DNA of 64,000 bases, from the NCBI RefSeq assembly GCF_026210795.1, contig NC_089434.1:5022001-5086000 (forward strand), read 5' to 3'. Made by a program: the position numbers and the translations under genes. Positions 1 to 13,098 of this stretch are shown here, one piece after another. Below the pieces are notes generated by a model that saw only the letters and a list, made by a program, of their open reading frames with translations, searched no databases and was not told where the DNA came from. This DNA comes from Rhizophagus irregularis (Eukaryota). The stretch's first letter is position 1, and each line of letters begins with the position of its first letter.

Positions 1-838
1 CGTCATAACAAGAAGTTGATGAACCATTATTTGATGAAGTGAACATTCCCTTTCATTTTCCATTATCAATATAGTATTGTTTAAATGACTTAAATCTCCT
101 CCTTCGGAAGAAGTTCTTGAAGTTTCAGTAGCGTGACTTGTTATATCTGATTCGATCTCTCGTAATATTTCTGCCAATAAATTCCATTTCTGAAGTTTGT
201 ATACCCTGAGGTAATTTTGATGTCGGATATGTCGGATAGGAATTTTTTTAGAGTATTATCTGTAGGATTTGTAGTTGATGTACGAACGAATACACGTCTT
301 TTCGCACCTAAATAAAGTAAACCCCGATAAATTTGTATAAACAGTCAAACGTAAACTTTGTAAAAAATATATCTATGAATATAATTACACTAAAAATCGT
401 ATTTCCAGCATCCAAAGATAACCAAGGAGATTATTGTTGTTGTGATAAAGCAGAAATGGGAGTTTGACTTGTAATAATGGTTTCTAAAAAACTATTAAAT
501 GATACGCAATCATAACTAACCAAGTAACTATAATATTAAAAGTTGATCCAGTTAAACTCAAAAAAAAAAGAACTCCAAAAAAGAAATTAACGAAAAAACT
601 TAATCAAATACATACTTTCTTAGAGTAGTTAAATCATTAACTATCAACTTAGTTTTTGAGCTGACACGATACCAGACAGGTTCTAATTGTTGTTTTATTA
701 ATATATCGAATGATCTAAAAATGAATTTTCTACTGATAAATCATCAACGTTGAATAAATCACAAGCTTTCGGTTAAAATAAAAATACTGGAAATTTTATA
801 ACTGGTTACCCAATTTCCATTCCTTTTTTTGTTTCACT

Positions 839-3570
839 TAAAGATGGTCGATTTGCTCGTCATCGACGATGGCGCTACTTTGCCCTAAATTCATTAATGA
901 AACGCAGAGCATCATCAGAAGGTCGACAAATTTAGAGGAAGGGCAACTCACAGTGGACGATACTAGATTTAATGCAAAACGATACTCACATAGCAAAGTA
1001 TTACGGTATGATGAAGGATTGCGTGATACTATTCAATATTGGATGCGTCGTAGAGCTGAATTAGACAAGGTCTCAGAGAATGATTTTCTTTACATTTAGC
1101 GCAGATATGCATTGGCAAGACTTACATAATCTAATGCATAATGAGAAAATTCTGTAAACACAGAAACAGTCCAGGAAGCTGCCAGGCGCCGACGTAAAGA
1201 TCTCATAAATAATCTCCATATTGCTGCATGGTTCTTTGAAAAGCGATTTAAAGTTTTTTTGTTTGAGAAAGTGTTAATGTTAATTCCTAAATAGGGATTA
1301 GTTGACTGGTGGTATCGATTTGAGTGGCAATTCATGTTCATAGCATTGCCAAGCGAAAAGAAGCACCAGAAATCGATTGGGAAAACATGAAAAATAATGA
1401 TCTTTAGTTACAACAATCAATCCCGACCTGAATGCACCTCCTTCTGATCACCACCCATGCCAAAAGCACTCTGAAGACTTTAATGATAATAATGGTTACC
1501 TTACTTATCTAGAACTAACAACTGCCAGAAATGATCCACTTACAAATACAGGGATGGATGGCAAATGTTGATTTGATACCCATCTTTACCAAGCAGTATG
1601 TTTCGAAGTATGCTAGCGAAGCAGAACCACGGTACTTAGGGTCCTTAGCCTTCTCAGAAGTGTTGGACAAAGCTCTTCGTAATGATAACCCAATGATCCA
1701 GCTGTTAAAGCATTCCAAAAGTTGCTTATTCACACAGTCGGAGAACGTGATTTTTCGGCGCAAGAACTTGTCATCATCTTCAATTACCGCTCTATCATAG
1801 TAGCCGAAATTTTGTTAGTCTAAAACTTAACGAAGAGGCGAATCAACAGCTTCGTGATAGTAATGAAAATGTTCCAAATAATGAGAACAATGGAATTATG
1901 TAAACAGATGCCTTACCTCTACAAAGATATTGTAATAGACCTGCCGAACTTGAGGAACTTTCATTGTTCAAATTGGATCAGCAATATAAAAACATTGTAC
2001 GTATTTAGCCGCGTCCATCTCCCATTCGAAATGGTTCGTTATAGAGACCTTCTTAGCCTCACAGAGAATCACACTCTTTCATGGATTGATTTATATAACC
2101 AACATCTTGTAGAAATCAATGACGACCCTGATGATTTAATTGGACCTGCTGTGGATGATATTCAAGAAGTTGATGGTAACGATTCTAATGAAGAAGACGA
2201 CGACACACCACAGGAAGCGTATGAACTTCGAACTGACTGGATGTTACTGGCTGAAATGATGCCAAATAGACAGACGCGTAGCCTAGATGACTTTAGTGCC
2301 CGTGATATTGATAGAATCACGACCGGGTTAACGAAAGTTTGCTACGATATCATGAAATTGAAGAGGCAGAAAGCTTTATCCAGCAGGCAATTGGTAACAA
2401 CTAAGTAACTATAGTTGGAAATAATTCAGCTAGTATCGACTTTAGAACTCTAAGTGGGAAACAAAGGTTAATACGTGAAAGAGTAGAATCCATAGCACCT
2501 TTAAGAATTATTATCATGGGTACTGCTGGAACCGGCAAATCTTACCTTATTTATGCTATTCAGAGCACTATTCATTCGTCACTTTCTGTTCCAATATGCG
2601 GGGCAAACATTGAGAATCTTTGAAGAACTCCAAAGAAAACCAAAATATATAGAATATTTTATAATCGATGAAATGAGTATGGTAGGACGTCGTTTTCTTG
2701 CTATAATTGATTTACTAAGGCTGTGGTAAACATTTCCGGATCACTACAATATTCCCTTTGGTAGCCGATCCATAATTCTTGTTGGTGACTTTGGGCAGCT
2801 TTCCGGCATGTGATGTTCCCGGACTCTCTAGATCATATGGTCGTAGTGCCTATAGTCAACTTCAAGAAATTTATAAACTTGAGGCTATGCAAAGACAACA
2901 GGTAACTCGGATAAACAACAACAATTCAGAAATCTCTCATCACTTACGTGATGGAAGGTCTACACGATCCGACTGGGAATTATTTAATGACGTGAATTCC
3001 AGAAAATATTCCTGAATCAGAGAGAAAAACTTCAGATGCCATCAATGTTCTAACAACATGGGAAGAAGAGGATAAAATAAATTTGAATAAACTTCGATTA
3101 TTAAACCAACCCGTTGCTAAGATTCATGCGGTACATACGGGTGGATCTGAAGCTTCTAAGGTCTGCAGAATGCTGCTGGTCTTATAAATGGGGTAATAGG
3201 GACAATAACAGATATTTTATATAAAGAGAAGCCCGAGTACACCTCTTTACCTGAGTTTAATTTGACAGTATAACGGTCCAACTCTTAGGAATATAGAAGG
3301 GTCTATTGTTCTATAAGACGTATGTGGGAAGATAAAACCGGAAGTTGCTCTCGCTTGCAATTTCCACTTTCTCTTGCGTGGGCCATCACAGCTCATAAAT
3401 TGCAAGGTCTGACTGCAGTAATAGACCTTGGGAACAAGGAATTTGTGGCTGGCTTGTCATTTGTAACAATTTTCCGTGTTCGTTCTCTAGATGATATTCT
3501 TTTCAAACACTTTAGTTTAAACAGACTTGAGCGTAAAAAGGTTGAAAGAGCGGTTAACGAAAGAAACTAG
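839..3570 (+). pseudogene. Degenerate Helitron-like RepHel (HUH Rep + PIF1 helicase), 5'-truncated
   Basis: Fragmented motifs across frames: DGRFARH..RWRYFALN, WWYRFEWQ (Rep), YVSKYAS, GTAGTGKSYLI (Walker A ~2520), IIDEMSMVG, LVGDFGQL, QFPLSLAWAITAHKLQG, SFVTIFRVR; many frameshifts and deletions. Confidence 0.85.
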
Positions 3571-3954
3571 ATTAAGTGGAATACAACGATTTAAATTTTT
3601 CTCGTTTTTTTAATAACCAAATTTTTATTTTTGGCTTTTTCGTTGAAAAAAGATTATCAGAATATCTGTGTTACCTGTGTTACAAAAAAAAAGGCTTTTT
3701 CTTATGGATAATACAAATAATTAAAGGTGATTCAAACGTTTTATAGCAGATTATAGCAGATTTATTCTTTATTCATATTTTTTTTTTGTTAATATTTGCT
3801 TCTTCTAAAGATCTTATACAAGTTCGACAAAATTCATATCAAGCATAGTAATTTAAACTCTGATAATATCATAATGGGTATAAATTTATTTCGAAAAAAA
3901 AAGAGTTTAAAATAAAAAAATATACAAGCAAAATTAAAAAAAAAAACATTTTCA

Positions 3955-4560
3955 TCTTTAGAAAAAAAAATCGAGGAGGAAGATGAAGAAAATCAGAGGG
4001 AAAGAAATCAGAAAATACAATTAAAAGAAGATATAATGCGTGTCATCACTGTCAAATAGGCTATCTAAACGTAAAAGAAGCTCATCTTATGAGATGGCGA
4101 AGATGAAATCTCAACGTAAAAAGAGTTCACCCAAATCGACACTGAAACATCTCTGCTTACAAATCTTAATAAAAGAAAGGAATGGTTTCTATAATAATAA
4201 AATAATAAAAAATAAATACACCAAGATTCGTACTTACAAATCTTGGCCGTTTGGGTAAGTTGAGATTTAATATTTGCAACTCATAAGATGAGATTCTTTT
4301 ACGCCTAGATAGCCTATTTGATGCCTAACAAAAGAAAAAGAAGTCATTGTTCTTTTAGTAAATAATCTTTTATCAAATTACCATGAGATGACATTTTAAA
4401 AGAAGTCATTGATAGTAAATAATTTTACCTTGAAGGACCGTAAGATTTTATAGGCGCGCGTTCCGCCCGCCAACATTAAATCTTTTTTTAATTGTGCCTT
4501 CCGGTTTCTTTCTCTCTGATTTTCTCCCGCTTCCTCTTCCCGATTTTTTTTTTTCAAGAG
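3955..4560. repeat. Foldback (imperfect inverted-repeat) segment; also present at ~51108-51685
   Basis: GAAAAAAAAATCGAGGAGGAAG..AAAATCAGAGGGAAAGAAA and TCAAATAGGCTATCTAAACGTAAAAGAAGCTCATCTTATGAG are mirrored by CTCATAAGATGAGATTCTTTTACGCCTAGATAGCCTATTTGA and TTTCTTTCTCTCTGATTTTCTC..CGATTTTTTTTTTTC. Confidence 0.75.
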
Positions 4561-5910
4561 GACGCGGTGAACATGGTATCTTCACAATAATATAATTCAA
4601 CCGTCCATAGAACATAAAATATTAGGTACACATAATAAGTATATTAAAAGAAACTTGAGAAAAAAAGATTTAACACAATTTTCTTATTATCATCTGCATT
4701 TTTTTTTAATTTGCAGTAGTGAATTTTTATTTGATTATTGTATAATTATAAGTTTAATTTTGCCTTCTTGGCCAATTTCAATTAAGGCATTCGTTATCTT
4801 CTCATATCTAAAGAGATATAAGTCTTATAAATAATATAATAAGTAAAATTATTTATGTTGTCGAAACTATTAGAAGTATTTAGGTACAGTTACTGTGAAT
4901 GATATTAGTCTTTCATTACCAGAAGAACTTGCGGCAAAATTAAAATTGCAATCGATATAAAAAATTTGAACAGTACACACGACTAACCTAGAATTTTCAG
5001 ACATGTGATTAAAGTTTTATTTTTTATTATCGAAAAAGAAAAGAAAAATTGATATGACTCATATGAGAAAAATGAAAATACTAAATTCAATAAATAGAAT
5101 GTATAAAGTTCTAATATCATTTATTCTAATAAATCTAATAAAACTAATAAAATATATAGGTTAATGAAAAATAGAAGTTACTATTTGCTCGATCGGATTC
5201 AAATCAGGTGATTGAACTGGCCATTCAATGCCATTTTCTTCACATTTTATAAAGGATAAGGTATTACAAAAATGTAATTGTGCACAGAAGATCATTCCAG
5301 GAACAATTAATTATTGCCTTAGGGTCATTATCTTGTTGACATTTAAATCAATCTTTTCTAAAATGTAGTTTGCTATAAAAGAAGTTAAATAACTTTTGTT
5401 ATAAGTCTTTGATGTTCAACAATGAATTACTGTAGATAAATGATTCTTTTTTATATGATATTCATCTTTTTTTATTTTCGAACCGCTCTTTGAGATAATT
5501 TTTGTGTTTCTTGACATTTCTTTTCCATTTCCATCTCGATCTTTAAAATAAAGTTCGACGATAATAAGCACAATAAGGAATCATATCTTCAATGGAAATA
5601 GAATTCATCCCATATGATACGGATATATCAAACCGTATCATTTGTAATTACAAATAACGAATGCCGCCATTTGTAATTACCGTTGTTGTGATAGAATCAA
5701 TCATCAACAACAGTTCTATCAAATGATATCATATCGAATGCCTTCATTTGTAATTACCGTTGTTGTAAGAGTACAACAACAATACCCTCATTTATAACCG
5801 TTGTTGTGAGTGTACAACGGTCAAGTGGTATATAATCAATCATCAACAACAGTTCTATCAAATGATGAGAGTCAGAATGTGCCCTCATTTGTAATTACCG
5901 TTGTTATGAG

Positions 5911-6150
5911 AGTACAACAACGATTCCATCATTTACAACCATTGTTGACTTTTTGTGAAGTACAACAACGATTCCATCATTTACAACCATTGTTGACTTG
6001 TTGTGAAGTACAACAACGATTCCATCATTTACAACCATTGTTGACTTGTTGTGAAAGTACAACAACGATTCCATCATTTACAACCATTGTTGACTTGTTG
6101 TGAAAGCACAACAACGATTCCATCATTTACAACCGTTGTTGTGAGAGTAC
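5911..6150. repeat. Tandem minisatellite, 48-49-bp unit, ~5 copies
   Basis: AGTACAACAACGATTCCATCATTTACAACCATTGTTGACTTGTTGTGA starts at 5911, 5959, 6007, 6056 and 6105; related degenerate units at 5660-5910. Confidence 0.95.
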
Positions 6151-7899
6151 AGGACTTAAATGAAGTTCTTCATCATCTAGTTTTAATCTTTCAAACAATG
6201 ATTTTAATTCATCGTCTTCTAATATCCACATTGTTGATGAAAAGTCCTGTGGTTTCAACCAATGGAAATCGTATCGAATACCATCATTTGTAATTACTGT
6301 AAACATTATGTGATATATAATGTACATCATCACATGATATTCCATGTATACCCGCCAATTAGTGTGGCAGAAGCTTAAAATCCGACAAAAAGGATGTGTG
6401 ATAAAATAATAGCTAAAATTTAATTAAAAAAAAAAATTAGCATGGAACGGTCTAACTGAAAGTGATTGTTGTTCATAACAGGATTAATAAATATATACCC
6501 TATATCAAAAAGTAAGTGTATATTTGTATATTACAATTTTATTTTTAATCCTGTAATCATAAAAAAATACGTTAGTTGAAATCAAAATTGGTTATAATCA
6601 ACATAACTTTATCTATTTTCTTACCAGGAAAAACTTGTAAAAAAAAGTATTTGGAAAGATTAAAAAATGTGTGTAATGTGTATTAATTTAAATAAGTTGA
6701 TAGAAAAATATAGTATAGATTTTTAGTATATGTTCAGATTCTTGTAATGGCTGGTATGAAAACCAACCTGTTTATATAACAAATAAATTGACCGTAATGA
6801 TAAAATGATAAGCCATTTTTAGAATTTCTTTTGTGAAAGGGGCTTGTCGTAAATGGGCTTGTGTGAAGTTTTTATTTGCTAAATATGGAAATAGGAATAG
6901 GAATTCCGGTATTAACGACTGCAGGACTTTACATTGACAAATAAAAAAAAAATGTACATGAAAATCAAAACCGGTGTCTATCTTTTTTATTTTAAAAAAG
7001 AATTCCTTTAAAATTTTAAGTAAATTTACTAGAACGAGTTATGGTCACATGTAAAATCTATACTCGTCTTTAAACTTGATTGAATTCAATTCTTTAAAAT
7101 TTAGAAAGTATTTATTAAATCCTACCATGCCCCAAAACGTCATATTTTTGGGAACAATAACAATTTTTGTAGTCACATGACTATGATTAGTGCAGTTGGT
7201 ATCATATATCACAGCTTATCAGCTATAGGCATTTATTGAATAGCTATATTTATTCTTTTACTATCGTGTCACTAAACATGCTAGAATTTTTTGTCTACCG
7301 ACGAATATATTGCTATTATTTTTATTTATGTATGATGTTATGAACAAAAATTATAATTTTAAATATTTATTTTTTGTATGACGACAAATACACGATAATA
7401 TTATTTTTAGATTGATAGCTATAATACTTATGATGGAATATTAGAACGGGTCAACGGGATTTTAAGCCTTTTTTTTGTATAAATTAGAAGTAATCCTTTT
7501 TATTATCAGAGGAATCGAAGAAATGCTTGTGAAGTTTTGATTGTGTTGATAAAAAGCCAAATTTTTTTTTGGTAGAACAACGGTATTAAATAATAATCCC
7601 CCAAGAAGCTCCAAAAACGTATAAATTAATTTTCGTTTAAATTACACTTTATCTACCTACTTATCTTGGAAACAATCACAATAATAAAAGGAAGTTAGTC
7701 CAACAACCGGTAGTACATTGACATCAGCTAAAATAAACCGGATAAAATTAACGTTTGCGATCCTATTGGCTGACGATCACGTAAGCACGTGAGTGGACCC
7801 GTGACCACAAATTTCATTGCTTCGTCAATGAGTTTCCTGCGAATTGCCCAATTCCTTGGATTGTCCCAACTGGCCAAAATCCGGACCTTCTTACTTCCA

Positions 7900-10800
7900 A
7901 TTTAATATCTGTTGAAGCGTTCTCTTAACCCTGCTTATAATATGGTACAAAATTTTTAAGTTATAGATCCTATTTGTTCATCTTGAGATCTTAAACTTAC
8001 TATCTGGAAATTTGTAAAGTATCGGCAGGTCCGCTTTTATCGGACGTGTTTTTTTGTGGCAGAATCATTGGAGTATGAATTTGAAAAAGCCTTATTTAAA
8101 GATATTCTAAATTACGCGAAAATTTAAATGTCTTTCGAACGAATTAAAGATACAACAGGCAGCCTGAACCAGCAAATCGGATCCGTATGTAGAGAGACGA
8201 AATTCTAAAGCAAAGGTGACTCGGGAGTCGGGACGAAACTTCGATGGCAACTAGTGGTTCTAAATTCTGGTTCTGAGGCAATCGGCTTCATGAATTTTTC
8301 TTCGAATGGATTTTCTGGTATAGCTACCGATTCTAATCCATTCTCGATATAGGGACACTTATGACTCGTCTGATATAATAGTAGATCAACCTGAATCAAG
8401 TGGAATTTGTGATTTATATGTGGACTTGAAAAAGCTCGATCTCGTCAAACGCCTCAGAAATTTGTAATCAAAATCTCGAAGATTTGGAAAGGCGGATTAA
8501 CAAATGAGATAAATTTAAGAGCAAGGAACGGATGGCTACATTGTCAATTGCTAGTTTTCCCGGAATTAGGAAGACATCGTTTGTGATGATAAAGCTTCAA
8601 GTATAAATGAGAGAATAAGGAACACATATCTTAATGGATAAAATCGATAGTATACCTGCTTGTGATAAGAGTGTCGTTTAATTAATTAAATTGGTCAGTA
8701 CCAATCGTTTTCTGCAATGACATCGATCCAAAACTCAAGCGTTAGGGTCCAATTGCCTATGAAGTGAAGTTCAACAAAACTTCGATCAGATCAAGAATTA
8801 TGAAAATCATATAAGGGAGGATTTAAAAGGATGTGAATGAAGCCGTAAGAGAAGTCAATCCGATATTTGTCAAGTTTTGAACTTTTTACCCATATCAACC
8901 ATGGTAGTATAAACTTTGATGTCCTAGAAAAACTTGCATTTCCAGCATCTTTTGTAAAAGCTGCTGATGCAGCGTCTTACGGTGATATAGTTGATAATGA
9001 ATCCTTGAGAATGGATTTCGCCTGCTGGTTATACAGTAATAAGTATTCACGTCAATGGGAAGGAATCCAATGCCGCACGATAACTTAAATTTCAAAGCGG
9101 AGTTCAAGAAGTCATAATCCTATTAAGCTATTATTAGCCTTTGATTGACCAAAAATCTGAAGACGTGAATGATACCATTTAACAATCGAATCAATGACAA
9201 AACGAATTCGTAATGGGATGTCATATATTAGATTATAAATAAAAGAAACAAAAAAATTACTTATTGATTACACATAAATTATGGATCTATACACGGCAAC
9301 CAAAGACCAATTCTGGAATTCAAAGACGAAAATCTTGCAAAGGATCGCCTCTTTAGTAGGTCGAGAAGGTAACTGAGGAAAAATTGCGGCGGGTATAGTG
9401 TAGTGGAAGTGAGGAAGATGACCGCAATTTCATTTAGATTTTTTCAATTAAAAAGACAATTTTTTTCCTTTTTACACCAATAAACTTTTACTATATTCCA
9501 ATAATTGATGATGAATTATTGACAATTAGTTCAACCGTTGGGACAAACAACTGGAATGACAAATGAATATTCGAGTTTAACAAAAAAAAAAAGGATTCAA
9601 ATTGGAAGAATAGGAATGTCAAATGGACAACATAACGATCAACTTTGTCACATAATAAGACAATACTCTTCGTGAATAGTCAAAATGATGAAATTAGCTG
9701 TCTAACGGTACTGGCTTAAATTCCTGTTGAGTGTTGACTCTTTACTTCACGCGATATATATGAACGGGCAGCGATTTCGGTACAGAAGAATAACATTGAA
9801 CTATTGGACGACTTACTCCCTCTATTATTAAATGAGATTGACAGGCAGAATAAGCTGATATGTTTGAGTGCTTATGGGTATTATTGCATTTATCGGTATA
9901 CAGTATGTCAATATTGTAGTAGATATTCTTGTATATACTCATCTGTTGGAATGTCTTTCTCCGTGTATCTTGATTCTTGAAAATCCATTGAAGGATTACA
10001 CGGACACACTTATTTGGGAGGAATTTTGTGAGCAACAAGGATCATTTTCTACCTCAGTTATAGTTTTAGTGTATATGCATTTTTCCTGCTCTCTTTTTGA
10101 TCCTACTACCAATTCTAATATTAGCAGAAAATTACAGTGTACATAAAAATTGGCCGAGATTCATCACAAAACTGCTGAATGCAAAGAACATAACGGAGCA
10201 ATAAAGGTCAAATTCTTAGAATTATATGATGAATTAACACAAGTCAAACACGACCACGAGAATATTGAACGAAAGAAATAATTTATTGTATTTAAAAAAT
10301 TTTCCATAAGATCTATTATATATATAATCCAGCAGTCCTATACCTGAAAAGCTTTAAAATGCCTAATGAATAGCCCAACGTAATAAATAGAGAAAACATT
10401 AGAATTCAGATAAGATGAACCCCAATTAAATATGAGAAAATCATGATAACTTGAATGTGGAAGAAACTATTCGAAAGGATTGTACAGTCGGCTCTTAGAT
10501 CTTAATGCGGAAGATATTATTAATGCTACAAAATACTCATCGTCTTCGCGGTCTTCGCAGCCTTCATTTCAGAAATCAAACGGGGACTAAAACAATTCGT
10601 AAAGCATGCAATAGCTTTACAATGCTTTCCCCCGACTTCAAAAGGGCCTACCCGAAGTAAGTGATGATGTCCGCACTCGTTTTCATCAAACGCTCTATTA
10701 CAAGGATCTGTATTTTAAACTTTCCATAGCGATAGATTGACTTAACATTCAAGTTTAATTCATTATATTCAAGAATTCTTGACTGAACATCAAATGTGAT

Positions 10801-11280
10801 AAAAAGAAAGAGATCAAATCGAACCGACTAACTTTGGGAGTATTTTGATGAAAGCGTACTTTTCAAGTTTCCACCGAGAGATTAGGACTTTGGCAAGCGC
10901 GAGTCAAGACGTCAACATACGAATGTGATCATATTCGATGAAAGTTTGGATCAAAAAGAAATTTATGCAATCAGCTATCGGTTGATACAATGTTTATATA
11001 TTTTGCATACGGACAAACGAGGTTCGGAAAAGCTTACGTGATGTGAACAGTCCAGAGAAGAAAGGAATCATTCTCAGGCCATTGATGAAGTTTTTGCAAA
11101 AACTTAGAGGTTCACGTTCAATATATTGAAATTTATAACGAGATAACTAATTCAAAACTTATAGATTAAGACATGACATTTAAAGATCACGAAACATCAT
11201 ACAGGGACCACAAGAAATTATATAAGAGCAAGGATTTATACAAAACTGTACAATGAAACCATCGCACGACAATCATGGAG
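7900..11280 (+). pseudogene. Heavily decayed coding-like region, product unidentified
   Basis: GC higher than flanks, with short protein-like frames (e.g. 8867-9088) broken by stops; no recognisable family motif. Confidence 0.3.
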
Positions 11281-12712
11281 AATATGTAAATAATTTTTAT
11301 TCGCTTTATTCCATTAGAAATATATATAGATTTATTTTTATTTTTATTACATATAAAAGTTAACCCAAGTTACTAGCAAACTTATTAAAAAACCTTATCT
11401 TTAATAAACTATTTTATAGACTTTCTTTTCTTTTTTTTAGTTATTTTGAATATCTCTAAATTTAAAATTTTTCATTACCATTCAGTTATTAGCAATATGC
11501 ATTAATTGAGCTTGATCTAACTGAAATTTTGATATACTACAAGTTTTAATCCTTTTAACTTCCTATTTCTATTAAGTCAAGAATTATATTAATTTGAATT
11601 AAAATTAATAAAATTAATGAATTCTTTTCTCCATTTCGAAAAAAAATCATTTAAAAAAAAGAAAAAAGAGTAAAATGGATTTAATTGTTAAAAATCATAA
11701 ATTATACAAACACGTTATCATAAAACTGAATAGTGAATAAATATTGATTTGATGTATTACTCATTAAACCAAAATACTCAAAATATCTTTCTTCACTACC
11801 GTCATCACATTCAATTACAGCTTCTATTGCTCCTGATATAATGATAACTTGAATTCTCCCATCCTACATGTACTTGCTATACTTGCTCTTAGTGGTCGAC
11901 GCTGTGATTACATCCGGAGTAGATTTCTTGATTCTCCCCTAACGAACTCTTCCAATAATTCCACTTAAAAGCTTTTATTTGGTTACTCCTTTTATTTTGC
12001 ACATAATAAGCCCTAATATGATCTAAAATTTTATCATAAATATTTTTAAAAGTTCTAGTCCTGAAATAGACTTTATGTTCGACCACCAAGTACAAACATC
12101 CATCGACCCATCACCAGCCGCCAAAATTCAATTTCGTCATCAAATATTATGTTCAACCCTTTAAATCATGATCTAGTTCCCTCTTGTACTCCGTGTAAAT
12201 TTACGAGCAGCGATTCCAACTATTTTTGTCTTCATTTCTAATTGTCATTCTCTTCTGGATGTTATGAAACTATAATTGAAAAAACAACGTCCGGTGTCCA
12301 AATGTCATTTCTCACGAAGTCGAACTATATTAGTTTTCACTCGTTCAATTTCTAAAAAAGAAAATTAACCATCTTTTCACGGGATTTATTTAATAGAAGT
12401 TTAATGAGCCCCTGATGTTGACTGATTTCCAATCGCGTATTACGTATCTTGTTGCACATGACATTAAAATAAGTATTTAACTACTTCCTCTACTTCCCTT
12501 GTATTTCTTGTATTTCCTTTCAAGTTACTTGCTCGTTGCTTTTCTCGTTTGGATTCACTTACCAGGTATAATTTATTATAATTTATAAGCGGTTAACATA
12601 AAAAGATTTATTCTAGTTAGTTAAGTTTAGGTCAGCTATTTAAACGAAATCAAACTTTTTTATCCATTCAGTTTTTTAAATCAAACCCCCGAAAAGAAGT
12701 TTGTCAACAAAA

Positions 12713-13098
12713 ATGCCTTCAACTCCTTCTCAGTGTCGACGCGCAATATTTAAAAAGCTCGTTAAATTACGCCAAGCTAACAGGAATACTGACTACTCAG
12801 TGCGTGTTTTTTTTATAAACTGCCGATTTTTTTTCTTTTAGGCAAACTTATCGATTTGTTAAGATTTACCGTCATTGCAAGTTATTTCTTCAAACATTGG
12901 CACAAGAAGCTAATAATGGAGCAGAAACCGACAATACAAATGTAGTTGAAGAAAAACACGCTCTGGAGGTTAGTCAAAATTGTGAACCAAACATCTCAAC
13001 TTCAATTATTTTACTCTAATATAATGATTTTATCTAAATAGAAAGTTTTACATGATTTCCAAGGAAATGCTAGGAAAGAAAATTATTTTCTATTTTGA
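12713..13098 (+). CDS. CENP-W/Wip1-like histone-fold kinetochore protein, 3 exons (12713-12799, 12864-12968, 13042-13098), 82 aa
   Basis: Phase-0 GT..AG introns give MPSTPSQCRRAIFKKLVKLRQANRNTDYS/IYRHCKLFLQTLAQEANNGAETDNTNVVEEKHALE/KVLHDFQG..., which follows the CENP-W pattern (R..LK+..K; L.C.LF+..LA+E; ++..+H; K.L...+G). May be a slightly decayed paralog. Confidence 0.6.

Larger units (their letters stand above)
839..4572 (+). repeat. Copy 1 of a ~3.7-kb inverted duplication (partner 51096-55561)
   Basis: The reverse complement of 51096-55561 aligns near-identically apart from small indels and a 920-bp hAT insertion in copy 2; e.g. ORFs 1854..2408 vs 54150..54527 and 3322..3570 vs 52993..53250. 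Confidence 0.95.

Noticed and set aside
869..3570. Functional cellular PIF1 gene
   Set aside because: Fused to Rep motifs and riddled with frameshifts.
5911..6150. CRISPR-like array
   Set aside because: Units are head-to-tail with no unique spacers; eukaryotic context and no cas genes.
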